A stretch of 61,375 nucleotides of DNA, counting the filler, from Bacteriovoracaceae bacterium (GTDB lineage: Bacteria > Bdellovibrionota > Bacteriovoracia > Bacteriovoracales > Bacteriovoracaceae), in assembly GCA_018649885.1 (NCBI GenBank). It is 3 parts of 3 records of this genome, joined end to end, with 100 filler letters (N's around TTAATTAATTAA, not from the genome) between each part and the next. Parts side by side here need not be neighbours in the genome. Positions count along the whole stretch, not along the records: positions 1 to 29,780 come from JABIHA010000135.1; positions 29,881 to 40,965 come from JABIHA010000137.1; 1 more part is not named here. One strand, 5' to 3'. The notes under the pieces are model-generated. The model did no database searches. It was not told where the DNA came from and saw only the letters and a list, made by a program, of their open reading frames with translations. The position numbers and the translations under genes are program-made. Shown here in pieces: positions 21,156 through 30,691 of this stretch. Every line of letters starts with the position of its first letter. The stretch's first letter is position 1.

Positions 21156-21974
21156 ATGTACAAAACCATTGCAAGCATCATTTTTGTGTCGCTTATTTGC
21201 GCTAGCTCCTTTGCTGCTAAAAAGTCTGATAAATTTAGCTTGCCACTTAATTTAGATTTCTCAACTTCCCTTTACAATGATGAAGACACAACAAGATATT
21301 ACACAGGCGAATTAGAAATTACTCCAACATATAACTTCTATCGTGAACATCTTATTGGATTTGATTTTTCGGCCTATAGAGAAACTTCAAAATTCGAAAA
21401 GAACAAAATTGGAAGTGAAACACTATTTTATTCGAAAGGATTTAAATCCTTTTCTAATGAAAACAAACTCACTAAATCTTTAAAGTATGGGTTAAAAGTA
21501 TCAGCAACTCTTCCCTTTGGTAGAGACAGCTATAATATTGGCTCTGAATACACAACTCTATCGGCATCGCCAAGATTGATGCTCGATTTCACAGAGTATG
21601 GAGCAAAAGGATTGGCCTTAAGATATTACCCGTCAATTTCAAAAAGTATTCACCAATATGAAACCTCAAGTACAGGAACGTCGAATACATCATATGCAAT
21701 TTCAAATAGCTTTATCATCTCATATAACTTTTTAGAAAAGTTGAGCTTTTCTGCTAGCTACACTCACATTATGCCGTGGTCTTACAATTCAAAAAAAGAC
21801 ACAAGCTACCATATCTCACAACAGCTATCACTTTCTCTAACAAATCAAATTGATATTTATGTCGGACATAGTAATTCACAAAGTATGACTGGTCCTGACG
21901 GACAAACATTAGATATAAATGCCATTGATAATAGTACAAGTATGATTAACAGCGGGATTTCATTTACGTTTTAA
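21156..21974 (+). CDS. Putative outer-membrane beta-barrel protein
   Basis: AAGGA RBS before ATG 21156, signal peptide, alternating aromatic strands, C-terminal GISFTF. Confidence 0.6.
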   Translation: MYKTIASIIFVSLICASSFAAKKSDKFSLPLNLDFSTSLYNDEDTTRYYTGELEITPTYNFYREHLIGFDFSAYRETSKFEKNKIGSETLFYSKGFKSFSNENKLTKSLKYGLKVSATLPFGRDSYNIGSEYTTLSASPRLMLDFTEYGAKGLALRYYPSISKSIHQYETSSTGTSNTSYAISNSFIISYNFLEKLSFSASYTHIMPWSYNSKKDTSYHISQQLSLSLTNQIDIYVGHSNSQSMTGPDGQTLDINAIDNSTSMINSGISFTF

Positions 21975-21989
21975 TTTGGGAGCTTAAAA

Positions 21990-24900
21990 ATGATTGCAAA
22001 CAAAAAGACCACTTTTCTAACACTTGCTTTGAGTATGGTTTTCTTATTTTCTTGTACAAAGAAAAGAGAAGATGAATTTGCACAAGGGGTTGACACTAAT
22101 CTTTTTCAAGTTTCGAGTTATCATGGTAAATATTTTGAGCTAGACACTCAAGATGAATTATATCCAGGAGATGCTTTGGTAGAGGAAATCCAAGATAGTC
22201 AAACTGAAGATATAATGAATTTACTTCCCAGAGTGAAATATACTACAAATGCAAAACTTTTGACTGAAATTCCATTTTTTGGAAAACCATTTCACCAATA
22301 CACTATTAAATATGAAATCCTAGAAGCTGCTCAAGTTTTGAGAGTCTTAAAAGTTGCAGAGAAAAAATATATACATGGGCCTGAATTAACTTATGCAGAG
22401 GAAATCCCTGGTACTAATTTACTTCAAGTACCACTTCTTGGTTATGATATTTCATTGAAAAAATTAGAACATATAAAAAACGAATCAAACGAAGATACCA
22501 ATAGACTAACATCATCAAGCGCCAATTCACTTGTTAGCGCCACACACTTCGAAGCAAACTTCAACGCCCCAATCTTGTTTGATGCCGTATCAAAAACAAA
22601 TATTTATCCAGCCGATTTTTTTGATTTTGATTCTGAGTGGTTTTACTCTTCAACGATTGTAACTACCAATGAAAAAAGTAAATCTGACATAGGCATGGGA
22701 CTAGAGTATGACTTTGTTGATTTTAACGAGGCTACAAGAATAGTACTAATCAAACGACCCCATAGTATTAAGGCCAAAAATTTAAATGCTGATGAGAGAA
22801 TTAAAACAGATACTGATAATGAACAAGAGATCAACTTAAATACTGTTATGAAAATTAAAGTTGACTGGTTAGACTTTGCCAACCCCCAAAATGATGCTGG
22901 TGGAAATGGACTTGTTGAGGAAGTGGTTGAAGAAGGTGATTCTAAGAGCGTACATTGGAAAAAAACAAAATTCATGAGAATAGATTTTAACGAAATTAGA
23001 GCATTGGAAGTCTCAGGACACCAAAAAGAGCTTAGGAAACTTGAAGTCACTCCTGATTTTATTAGTTTTAATCTATACATACCCGCTAAGAAAATAGAAA
23101 TGAAATTTTCATTTCTAAAAGCACATAAGGCCGTGACTGGTAAAAATTACTTTGTAAAAGATAGAACTGTCTTTGGATATTTTAAATCGATTCAATCTAT
23201 TATTAATAACCAAGAATTTGAACATCAAGAAGATTTTGAGAAAAAAACATTTATAAATAGATTTTATCCGAAAGATGGAAAAATCATTTATCATTTTACA
23301 AAAAATTCATCAAAAGAATTAAGACCTGCCATGATCGAAGTGGCCAAGGCCTGGAATCAAGCTTTTAAAGATGCCGAAACGGGAATTACCTTTGAAATTG
23401 ATGAAAGCTTTGATGTTAATCTCGGCGACATAAGATATAATGCCTTAAATATTTTAGATGGCATTAGTGACAACGGACACTTAGGTTTTGGCCCCTCTAT
23501 CGCCGACCCTATGAGTGGTGAAATTATTTCGGCCTCTGCGAATATGCTGGTAAATCCAATTCGTTCAATGATTATGAGAGACTTAAGAAATTACATTTTA
23601 TCAGAGTTAGGTAAATTAGATTCAAAGTACCTCATTTTACCTTCAGTTGATTTAGGAGGCCCACTTTCTCCTAAAAAGATTGTTTATCTAAAATCTCAAA
23701 AGATGATTACCGAAGAAGAAATCGCAGATTATCATCGCTTAATAGAAAGGTTTCAAGGAACCGAAAATATCAAATCAAATTTTTCCTTAGGAAGCCCTTT
23801 TGTACAAAAAGCATTGGCACAAATTCAATCGTCACATATGGAGGGCGTCACAGATTTTACTGAGATGAGACTTGATAGTGAGTTTAAAACAAGTAGCTAT
23901 ATCTCGAAGCTAAATTCTGCATTAAACCATAATTCCTATTGGAAAAAGTTCGCTCTATCTGGATTCAAGGATCATAGACGTAAAAATTTAAGTGTTACAA
24001 TGGGAAGATTACATGCTCAGGCCAAAGAAAAGTGTCCTATGCTAGCTGAATATATTGAAGAGTTGAAAGAAAGTAAACTTAGTTATAATGACAAAGATCT
24101 TTCAGTAAAAGAAAGTTGTGCCAATAAGTTACTTCCTCATGTAATGAAAGTAATTGCAGTTCATGAAATCGGCCACAACCTAGGCCTGAGACATAACTTT
24201 GAAGGCTCACAAGATACTCAGAATTTTTATCCAGCAAAAAATAGTGATACACCACAAGTGTTAACGGCCTCAACAATGGACTACTTGCCTGATTGGTCAG
24301 CAGGTTTAATCAAACCAGGTAAGTACGATATCGCGGCCATTGCATGGGCATATGCAGACAAAGTCGTTGTATCGGATACTGACTTTGTTGACATAGATCC
24401 TGAGAAATCGATTCAAGAAAACTTTATTGGTAAAGAGGTGAGACCGAAGAAATTTAAATTTTGTACAGATGAAGATGAAACTAGCTTTAATCTAAATCCT
24501 CTTTGCAACAAATTTGATATCGGGGGAACACCCCTTGAATTTGTAGAAAATCATATTTATCGATTTAATGCAGCTTACGCGTTAGGTTTTAATAGAAATG
24601 GAAAAATTTCATCTCCTGATTTTGAATGGGAGAATGCTAGGGTAGTAAGCTCATTAATCGCAATGAGAAGAGTTTATGATATTTATAGACACAAACTCAA
24701 TGAACTTACGGGTCTAGAAAATGATAAATACCTTGTTAAGTACGATGAAGAAAAATTTGAAGAATTATTACAAAGGATGAAAACAGATCCTAGGTACAAA
24801 GATTTCTACGATAGCTATAGACCAGCAGTCGAGAGAATTTTTGAATTTCTTGTATCACAAGCTTTTCAACCAGATAAATATTGTATCTTCAATAATGGCG

Positions 24901-26087
24901 AGAAAGGCCAAGCGGTGCCTTTTATGCACTTCCAGTCTACTTTATTTTTAGACAAAGGAGTTACCGCAACAGCATGTAGTGATTATATTGAATTTAGCAA
25001 AAAGCACTTTGGTACTTTTGTAACTTCTACTGGGGTTCCTGTTTCTACAATCAAGGGTATCCTTGGTGGTGAATTGGAATATTATGACCTAGGTAATGGC
25101 AACGAAGGGCTAATCGTTCCCAATGAAGTTTTAGGTGCAGGCTCAATAAGAGCTGCTGCCATGGGGTTTCTTGGCCATAGAGATCCAAATCTTATTCGAC
25201 AAAATCAAATCGGTCAATTCGTTCCAAATATGTTAGATGAACCAAAGTTCAGAAGAATTGTCGAAGATAAGTTAAGAGAAAGATTGCTTATAGGTCAGCC
25301 TGTTTCTGAGCTGAAATTGGAAGAAGGAGTCATTAAGGAGACTCATTTAATAAAATTTAAAGAGGAAATGGCATTGCTAGCAGGTATGTTTGATTTATTT
25401 AAACAAGGAATTAGCGTGCCTGATAACTATAGGGTTACTCAAAATAGATTGACTCCATACACAAATACGACTCCTATCGAAAACCCTGAATTGTATAAGG
25501 TCTCCGAAGTAAAATACAATATCGGGTCTGATTTCTATGGGGCAAGTTCTGAATTGCAAGGACAGTCTTTCCAAGTTGAGACAACAAGTTATATAAAAAG
25601 AATTCTTCAAATTGAATCGATGGAAACACTTGAATTTAATCAAAGTATTTCTGAAGGTCATATTGGCGCCCTTGTCAGCGCCTTGGGATTTGACACATTA
25701 ACTAAGGATGAATTCAAAGCGATGAGCCAAGTTAAATTTTTAGAATGGTCAGAAAAACTACTCAGCGACCTGGAAACATTTTCTCCAGAAATTAAAGGCG
25801 CTGTAGATTTAGCATTTGGTGAGACCATCTATTATGTTTCACAAATAAGAGAAAATATGGAAGGAAGTATTGCTCAAGGCATGGAACCTGCAGAAGAGCT
25901 TGGGTTTATTGGCACTGTCTTTGAACAAAATGGGCTTTCATTACCAAGCGTACCGGTTAATGACATCACAATTTTGACTACAGAGATAAATGAAGCAATA
26001 GTCGAAAGCAACAAAAGTTACTATGAGTTTCGTGATAATGCATTAGAGCTCGAAGCACAAAAAGATTTGTTGATCCAAATATTTTAG
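21990..26087 (+). CDS. Large zinc-dependent metzincin lipoprotein (EcxA/DUF4953-like)
   Basis: LFSC lipobox; WNQAF, GDIRYN and GFGPS..DPMSGEII motifs; HEIGHNLGLRHN; Met-turn STMDY. Confidence 0.88.
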   Translation: MIANKKTTFLTLALSMVFLFSCTKKREDEFAQGVDTNLFQVSSYHGKYFELDTQDELYPGDALVEEIQDSQTEDIMNLLPRVKYTTNAKLLTEIPFFGKPFHQYTIKYEILEAAQVLRVLKVAEKKYIHGPELTYAEEIPGTNLLQVPLLGYDISLKKLEHIKNESNEDTNRLTSSSANSLVSATHFEANFNAPILFDAVSKTNIYPADFFDFDSEWFYSSTIVTTNEKSKSDIGMGLEYDFVDFNEATRIVLIKRPHSIKAKNLNADERIKTDTDNEQEINLNTVMKIKVDWLDFANPQNDAGGNGLVEEVVEEGDSKSVHWKKTKFMRIDFNEIRALEVSGHQKELRKLEVTPDFISFNLYIPAKKIEMKFSFLKAHKAVTGKNYFVKDRTVFGYFKSIQSIINNQEFEHQEDFEKKTFINRFYPKDGKIIYHFTKNSSKELRPAMIEVAKAWNQAFKDAETGITFEIDESFDVNLGDIRYNALNILDGISDNGHLGFGPSIADPMSGEIISASANMLVNPIRSMIMRDLRNYILSELGKLDSKYLILPSVDLGGPLSPKKIVYLKSQKMITEEEIADYHRLIERFQGTENIKSNFSLGSPFVQKALAQIQSSHMEGVTDFTEMRLDSEFKTSSYISKLNSALNHNSYWKKFALSGFKDHRRKNLSVTMGRLHAQAKEKCPMLAEYIEELKESKLSYNDKDLSVKESCANKLLPHVMKVIAVHEIGHNLGLRHNFEGSQDTQNFYPAKNSDTPQVLTASTMDYLPDWSAGLIKPGKYDIAAIAWAYADKVVVSDTDFVDIDPEKSIQENFIGKEVRPKKFKFCTDEDETSFNLNPLCNKFDIGGTPLEFVENHIYRFNAAYALGFNRNGKISSPDFEWENARVVSSLIAMRRVYDIYRHKLNELTGLENDKYLVKYDEEKFEELLQRMKTDPRYKDFYDSYRPAVERIFEFLVSQAFQPDKYCIFNNGEKGQAVPFMHFQSTLFLDKGVTATACSDYIEFSKKHFGTFVTSTGVPVSTIKGILGGELEYYDLGNGNEGLIVPNEVLGAGSIRAAAMGFLGHRDPNLIRQNQIGQFVPNMLDEPKFRRIVEDKLRERLLIGQPVSELKLEEGVIKETHLIKFKEEMALLAGMFDLFKQGISVPDNYRVTQNRLTPYTNTTPIENPELYKVSEVKYNIGSDFYGASSELQGQSFQVETTSYIKRILQIESMETLEFNQSISEGHIGALVSALGFDTLTKDEFKAMSQVKFLEWSEKLLSDLETFSPEIKGAVDLAFGETIYYVSQIRENMEGSIAQGMEPAEELGFIGTVFEQNGLSLPSVPVNDITILTTEINEAIVESNKSYYEFRDNALELEAQKDLLIQIF

Positions 26088-26244
26088 TTAATGTTCGATT
26101 AAATTACGATCTGGCCAATGCTGAGGTTATCGCCTTTAAAATCTAAGATTGGGTGATGCTTATTGGGAGAAATCTTTTCGACGTCATAATATTTTAATCC
26201 GGCAAGGGGTCCCTTAAATATATTTTCTAAGATGCCCTTTTTGT

Positions 26245-27183
26245 ATGGGGGTCTTCCCGCATCCCTTGGGAGGCATGGTGTTCACTTTAAAAAAATTGAT
26301 AATTGTCATTTTGCTCACAGGATACTGGCAAGTTGGATACGCTACTTCTGGTAAAAGGCCTCCCAATTTCGATGGCAAGAGGTTAACTCCTAAGGCCTAT
26401 GATAGTCCTTTTCCCAAGGATCCTGGAACCTGGTGTGACAATGGACGCATCAGAATTAGGGCCTCTAAAAGTGGGATTATCTGGTTCGATATTTTTCATC
26501 CGCAAGATCGACGTTGGTATCTTGCGAAAAATAACCTCAATTTAGTGACACGAGTACCGGGGAAAAAATGGCAAAATACAGAATTAGAAAAGCTCATCCC
26601 TACAGTCAAAATCATCGAAGAAACTAAGGACAAATTGATTGTTCGGTATCATTATTCATTTTCAAGTGGGGCCAAAATTTATACTGATATGTTCCTGGCC
26701 GCAGCTGAGGCGAAGGTTCGATTTATTGTCCATCAAGATAAAGCTTCTGCCCCGATTAATGGTTTTCAGTGGCATATTACTTTCGGACAAGCAGAGGCAG
26801 TAAGTCTTCTTGAGTTTGATGATAAAAAAATTGAGGCAACTAAACTTCCCCGCCCCTTTCCAGGTGGCCGGCTTAAAATTCAACATATGCAGTGGTTTAA
26901 AGATATTAAGAAACTTGACTTCCATTTTAGTGGAGTAGAAACAAAGAAACGTGATCCCGCCAACCCTTGGTGGATGTCACGGGTACTGGGACTTAAACAA
27001 CACGTCTCTTGGAAGATGAAATTGCGCTCGCAAGATAGGTTTGCCTTTGAGGCACGGGATCAACCGTGGCAACCCCACTGGAAAGTACCCAAAACAATAC
27101 CGTGGATTGAAGGTTTGTGGCTGGTCCGCCGTGGCCTTTTTCCTGAAGGTGATGAGATAAGCTTTTCCATTAGTAGAATTTAG
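26245..27183 (+). CDS. Secreted hypothetical protein (beta-rich, Trp-rich)
   Basis: 312-aa ORF with signal peptide; true start probably ATG 26275 after GGAGG. Confidence 0.7.
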   Translation: MGVFPHPLGGMVFTLKKLIIVILLTGYWQVGYATSGKRPPNFDGKRLTPKAYDSPFPKDPGTWCDNGRIRIRASKSGIIWFDIFHPQDRRWYLAKNNLNLVTRVPGKKWQNTELEKLIPTVKIIEETKDKLIVRYHYSFSSGAKIYTDMFLAAAEAKVRFIVHQDKASAPINGFQWHITFGQAEAVSLLEFDDKKIEATKLPRPFPGGRLKIQHMQWFKDIKKLDFHFSGVETKKRDPANPWWMSRVLGLKQHVSWKMKLRSQDRFAFEARDQPWQPHWKVPKTIPWIEGLWLVRRGLFPEGDEISFSISRI

Positions 27184-27335
27184 AAAAGGTGCCAGGTGCG
27201 TTGGTAAATAGAAACAATTTAGTTAATAGTTATTGTCCTTGAGCTCATTTACTTAAATGCCAATAATTTAAGGAGCTAGCGTGGGCCAAGATTCCAGCAG
27301 TAAGCCAGGTTTTGGGGTCTATTCTAATTTTATTG

Positions 27336-27362
27336 TATAGTTAAGAGATTAAAATTCCGATA
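27336..27362 (+). promoter_or_regulatory. Putative sigma28/FliA promoter (TATAG-N16-CCGATA)
   Basis: TATAG at 27336-40, 16-nt spacer, CCGATA at 27357-62. Confidence 0.5.
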
Positions 27363-27378
27363 AATTTGTAGCTTCAAC

Positions 27379-28254
27379 TTGGGTGAGATGATGAGAAAAT
27401 TTATTGTATTGATAGGTTTATGTTTAATTCCCAATGTGGTTTTTGCGGTGATTTCTTGTGCGCTCCATTTTCATCGTGCATGCTCGGCGGAAGATATGGC
27501 AGCATTCAAAATCATTGTTGAGGAGCAAGCTGCAGCTGAGAGAGAGAGAAAAAGAGCAGAAGCAGCTGAAGCAGCAACAGCGGAAGAAGCTGAAACAGCA
27601 GCGGCAGCTGAGGCAGAAGCGGCAATACAAGCCGGCCCGGCCAAAGTGGGATGTGATAAGAATACTGTTACACAGCTTTATACTACCAAATCAAATGAGT
27701 GTTGTTTTGTAGGCCTTTTCCCACAAAGTAGTGGTAACTGTCTTGTCAAAGTAGGGTGTGAAGAAAAACCCCAGGGATCAGGCTTTAAAGGTTCATGTGG
27801 TTCAGTTAGGTCAAATTATGAGGTAAGTCGTTCTTCGGGTTGGCAAAGTTTTGCGACTTGCCACGGTAATATTAATTCATCTAAATTGTATCAGCCAATT
27901 GTTGGAAGCTGTAAAACTGCTGTAAAGTCTAGTAATCCATTTTCTAGTGCACCATTCTGGGGATGGAGTGGTGTTACTCAAGATTGCGACTTCGATAAAG
28001 ATTCAGAGATTAATGCTGGGAGCTCTGTGATGGGAACTGTTTACTGCTCAACCACATCAGAACTTGGGGCCAGCACTAACCCCAATTATAGTATTGGGGC
28101 CTTTCCTGTAGACCATCAGAGCTTTCACGGGCTAAATCTATCCAATGCTGTGGGAGTTGTTGGTCTTGAGAGTCGAGGCACTAGCTCTGGAGTGAGTTCT
28201 AGAGGAGAAACTGCCACCACCGGCGAGGTTGGTGGGACCTTAGGTAGCGAATAA
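27379..28254 (+). CDS. Secreted Cys-rich hypothetical protein with Ala/Glu helical linker
   Basis: Signal peptide, AEAAEAATAEEAETAAAAEAEAA linker, multiple Cys. Confidence 0.7.
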   Translation: MGEMMRKFIVLIGLCLIPNVVFAVISCALHFHRACSAEDMAAFKIIVEEQAAAERERKRAEAAEAATAEEAETAAAAEAEAAIQAGPAKVGCDKNTVTQLYTTKSNECCFVGLFPQSSGNCLVKVGCEEKPQGSGFKGSCGSVRSNYEVSRSSGWQSFATCHGNINSSKLYQPIVGSCKTAVKSSNPFSSAPFWGWSGVTQDCDFDKDSEINAGSSVMGTVYCSTTSELGASTNPNYSIGAFPVDHQSFHGLNLSNAVGVVGLESRGTSSGVSSRGETATTGEVGGTLGSE

Positions 28255-28528
28255 AATGTAGCACACTATTTTTTACTTTCTTTGTATCTTTTCTCTCCTT
28301 TTCTTAAATAAAATCATTCAGAAACCATTGTTTTTGTGGTTATTTTACATGTCAAAAAAATAGACACCTCTAAATGTTTAAATTCACGAGCGTCCTAGAA
28401 AACTCAAATTACTTTCCAAAATTTCTCCCATTTATAAAATTGTAAGTCCAATACAATTATTAAAACTATATGTCCTCACATTTTAACAATGACGAGTTTC
28501 ACAGAAAACTTTAAACAAGGAAACGATT

Positions 28529-28789
28529 ATGAAAATTTTTACTTTTGCGATTCTTTTTGGGTTAATAACAAGTGCCTTTGCAGACGAAAAAAATGGTGTT
28601 TGCACAGTTCATATAGGAACGGAAGGCATCTTGTTGGTAGCTAGAAATTCTGAAAAACACCAAGTTACTGATGACAATACTTTGGGAAGTCTTTTAAATG
28701 AACACTGTTTGAATGAGAAAGGTATTCTAGAGCCGATTCTATATCATTATACAGATATCGATTATTATTTCATGGATACTAAAAGATAG
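28529..28789 (+). CDS. Small secreted hypothetical protein
   Basis: AAGGA RBS, signal peptide ending AFA, two Cys. Confidence 0.65.
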   Translation: MKIFTFAILFGLITSAFADEKNGVCTVHIGTEGILLVARNSEKHQVTDDNTLGSLLNEHCLNEKGILEPILYHYTDIDYYFMDTKR

Positions 28790-28810
28790 AAATGCAACTT
28801 AGAGAAAATA

Positions 28811-29605
28811 ATGAAAGTATTAAATAGAAACCTAATTAGTAATTTGATTTTACCCATATTTTTAAGCGTCTTGAGTTGCACGAGCTTTGCAGGTGATTTG
28901 TCAGAGCACATAAAACAAACTTCTGAGCCTGATGGAATAAGGTGTGAAATAAAATTTTTCAGGGAAGTAGGGTATATAAGACTGAGTCCTAAGTCAGTAA
29001 TACTCGACTTTTCATTCTCTAAATACCCTTACTCAACAGCTCTTAAGAATAGGTATGAATACGCTAAAAAAGGTTCATATGAGTTTATGGCCTATACAAG
29101 TGAAGGCAGTCATTTTGAACTTAAAGCACCCACGCTTGAGGTTATTGACCCTAAAGATTTGATTGCAGAAAGTGAAGAAGACAAATTTTTTGAAGATGGT
29201 CCACAAGAAAACTCATTTGTGTTTAACCTTAAGCTTTCTAGAAATGATATCAATAATATGCTTTTGGTTCTCGACCCAGAGCATATAGAGAAGCATAAAG
29301 AACGTAATTGGGTAGATTTTGATGTCGAAGATAAGTTATATGACTTTACAAATATTTTGTTTCCAATTCGATATGGTGTAGAAGTGACAAGTTCAGAGTT
29401 ACGGATAGCGAATATTCATGAAGAGAACAGAACTCATGGTGCTTTAATTATAAGTTGCGAAAGGATGCTGAAGGATAGGATTCATTATGCAATAGAAAAT
29501 TCTTCAGGTGGAGTAGAAGGGATAAGTAATATTTCAATTAATCCAGCTTATGAAGCTTTAGGAAAGAATAAGCCTGCAGCTGCTCGAATGGAAACGTCCG
29601 AGTAA
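28811..29605 (+). CDS. Secreted hypothetical protein
   Basis: 264-aa ORF with signal peptide, 21 nt after the previous gene. Confidence 0.65.
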   Translation: MKVLNRNLISNLILPIFLSVLSCTSFAGDLSEHIKQTSEPDGIRCEIKFFREVGYIRLSPKSVILDFSFSKYPYSTALKNRYEYAKKGSYEFMAYTSEGSHFELKAPTLEVIDPKDLIAESEEDKFFEDGPQENSFVFNLKLSRNDINNMLLVLDPEHIEKHKERNWVDFDVEDKLYDFTNILFPIRYGVEVTSSELRIANIHEENRTHGALIISCERMLKDRIHYAIENSSGGVEGISNISINPAYEALGKNKPAAARMETSE

Positions 29606-29641
29606 GAGCGAAAGTATCTATTATATTAAGGTGCCAGGTAC

Positions 29642-29780
29642 GAATGCTGCTAACTTAAGAACCATCATCTAGGCTACCTTGCCCTTTGAAAGGCCCTGGT
29701 GGCCACTTCTTCGAGAATATCCCCATTCTTGTTTTTTTGCATTTTTCCGGTCCGTTGTTAGTAAACAATATCGACTGTTT
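29642..29780 (-). mobile_element. IS4-family element end (transposase C-terminus + terminal IR), truncated by the contig end
   Basis: Minus strand reads NSRYCLLTTDRKNAKKQEW...* then CTTAAGTTAGCAGCATTC; identical copy at 40826-40964. Confidence 0.65.
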
Positions 29781-29880
29781 NNNNNNNNNNNNNNNNNNNN
29801 NNNNNNNNNNNNNNNNNNNNNNNNTTAATTAATTAANNNNNNNNNNNNNNNNNNNNNNNNNNNNNNNNNNNNNNNNNNNN
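29781..29880. other. Artificial contig linker (N + TTAATTAATTAA)
   Basis: 100-nt N block with a six-frame stop linker at 29825-29836. Confidence 0.98.
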
Positions 29881-30019
29881 ATGAATTAGGATTTATTGAC
29901 GATATAGAATATAAATTCACATCGGGAGAAAGCCCCTTTAACTTCCGAGTAGTTAAGAAAAACACATAGTGTAAAGTATGTGTCGCTAATAAATAGTAAA
30001 GTATGTCTCGGAAAGTTCA
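29881..30019 (+). mobile_element. IS481-like element 3' end (transposase C-terminus + right end)
   Basis: ELGFIDDIEYKFTSGESPF...* (stop 29967-69) resembles IS481 C-termini; tandem GTAAAGTATGT-x-TCG repeats ending GTTCA. Confidence 0.55.
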
Positions 30020-30170
30020 AAAGTCACCAGTGTATTGAAGGATATATGAAAATTACGGGTTTTTGTTTGGGAGGGCAAGGGCAACTGCCAAGGGCAATTT
30101 AAAGAAAAAGGGGGGGGAAAGCCTGGGCGTCTTTGATACCCAGGGCTAAGCTATTTATTCATTACAATAA

Positions 30171-30506
30171 CTACGGTCTTGGAAATGGACCTCTTGGTCC
30201 TCTTGGACCTCTAGGTCTTGGGTCATATCTTCTACGGCTGACTCTACGACAGCCTCTAACTTTTTTCTCTTTAATCAGTTTAGTTGTTCCCAAACATGGG
30301 TTAGTAACTAAACACTTTCTCTTATACACTTTGCACCGGTAAGTACCATTTCTTCTAGACTGTTTTTTTACACCTTTACTCTTCCACCGCTTACAAGTCT
30401 TGTGAGCATCATGAAATAGACACCTTTGTCCAGGCCGCTTGTGTGACTTTGCATTGGCAACACCAGCAAACATCATCAAACTGATGACAATTAATAAAAG
30501 TTTCAT
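30171..30506 (-). CDS. Secreted highly cationic 6-Cys miniprotein with a (GPR)n Pro/Arg tail
   Basis: GGGAG RBS, signal peptide ending ANA, tail PRPRGPRGPRGPFPRP. Confidence 0.75.
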   Translation of the reverse strand: MKLLLIVISLMMFAGVANAKSHKRPGQRCLFHDAHKTCKRWKSKGVKKQSRRNGTYRCKVYKRKCLVTNPCLGTTKLIKEKKVRGCRRVSRRRYDPRPRGPRGPRGPFPRP

Positions 30507-30691
30507 TTGATCTCCCTTTTTAGATATGCATTGTCATACCGAGCAAAAGGGTGCAAGTCAAAGGTGCAATTTGTCCCCACAAACTTTACTATAATGTAAG
30601 ATTCCTATGTTTTGAAACAGGGATTTTTTTCATAAGACTAGGTAATCATTATAAGGAGAAAGCTAGATTGATGTCAGAGACGTGGGTCTCA

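Noticed and set aside
29825..29836. Palindromic TTAATTAATTAA repeated at 41010-41021
   Set aside because: Artificial six-frame stop linker inside N padding
29970..30019. Short direct repeats as a mini-CRISPR or iteron set
   Set aside because: Only two ~15-nt copies, no spacers or cas genes; better explained as IS481-like terminal sub-repeats
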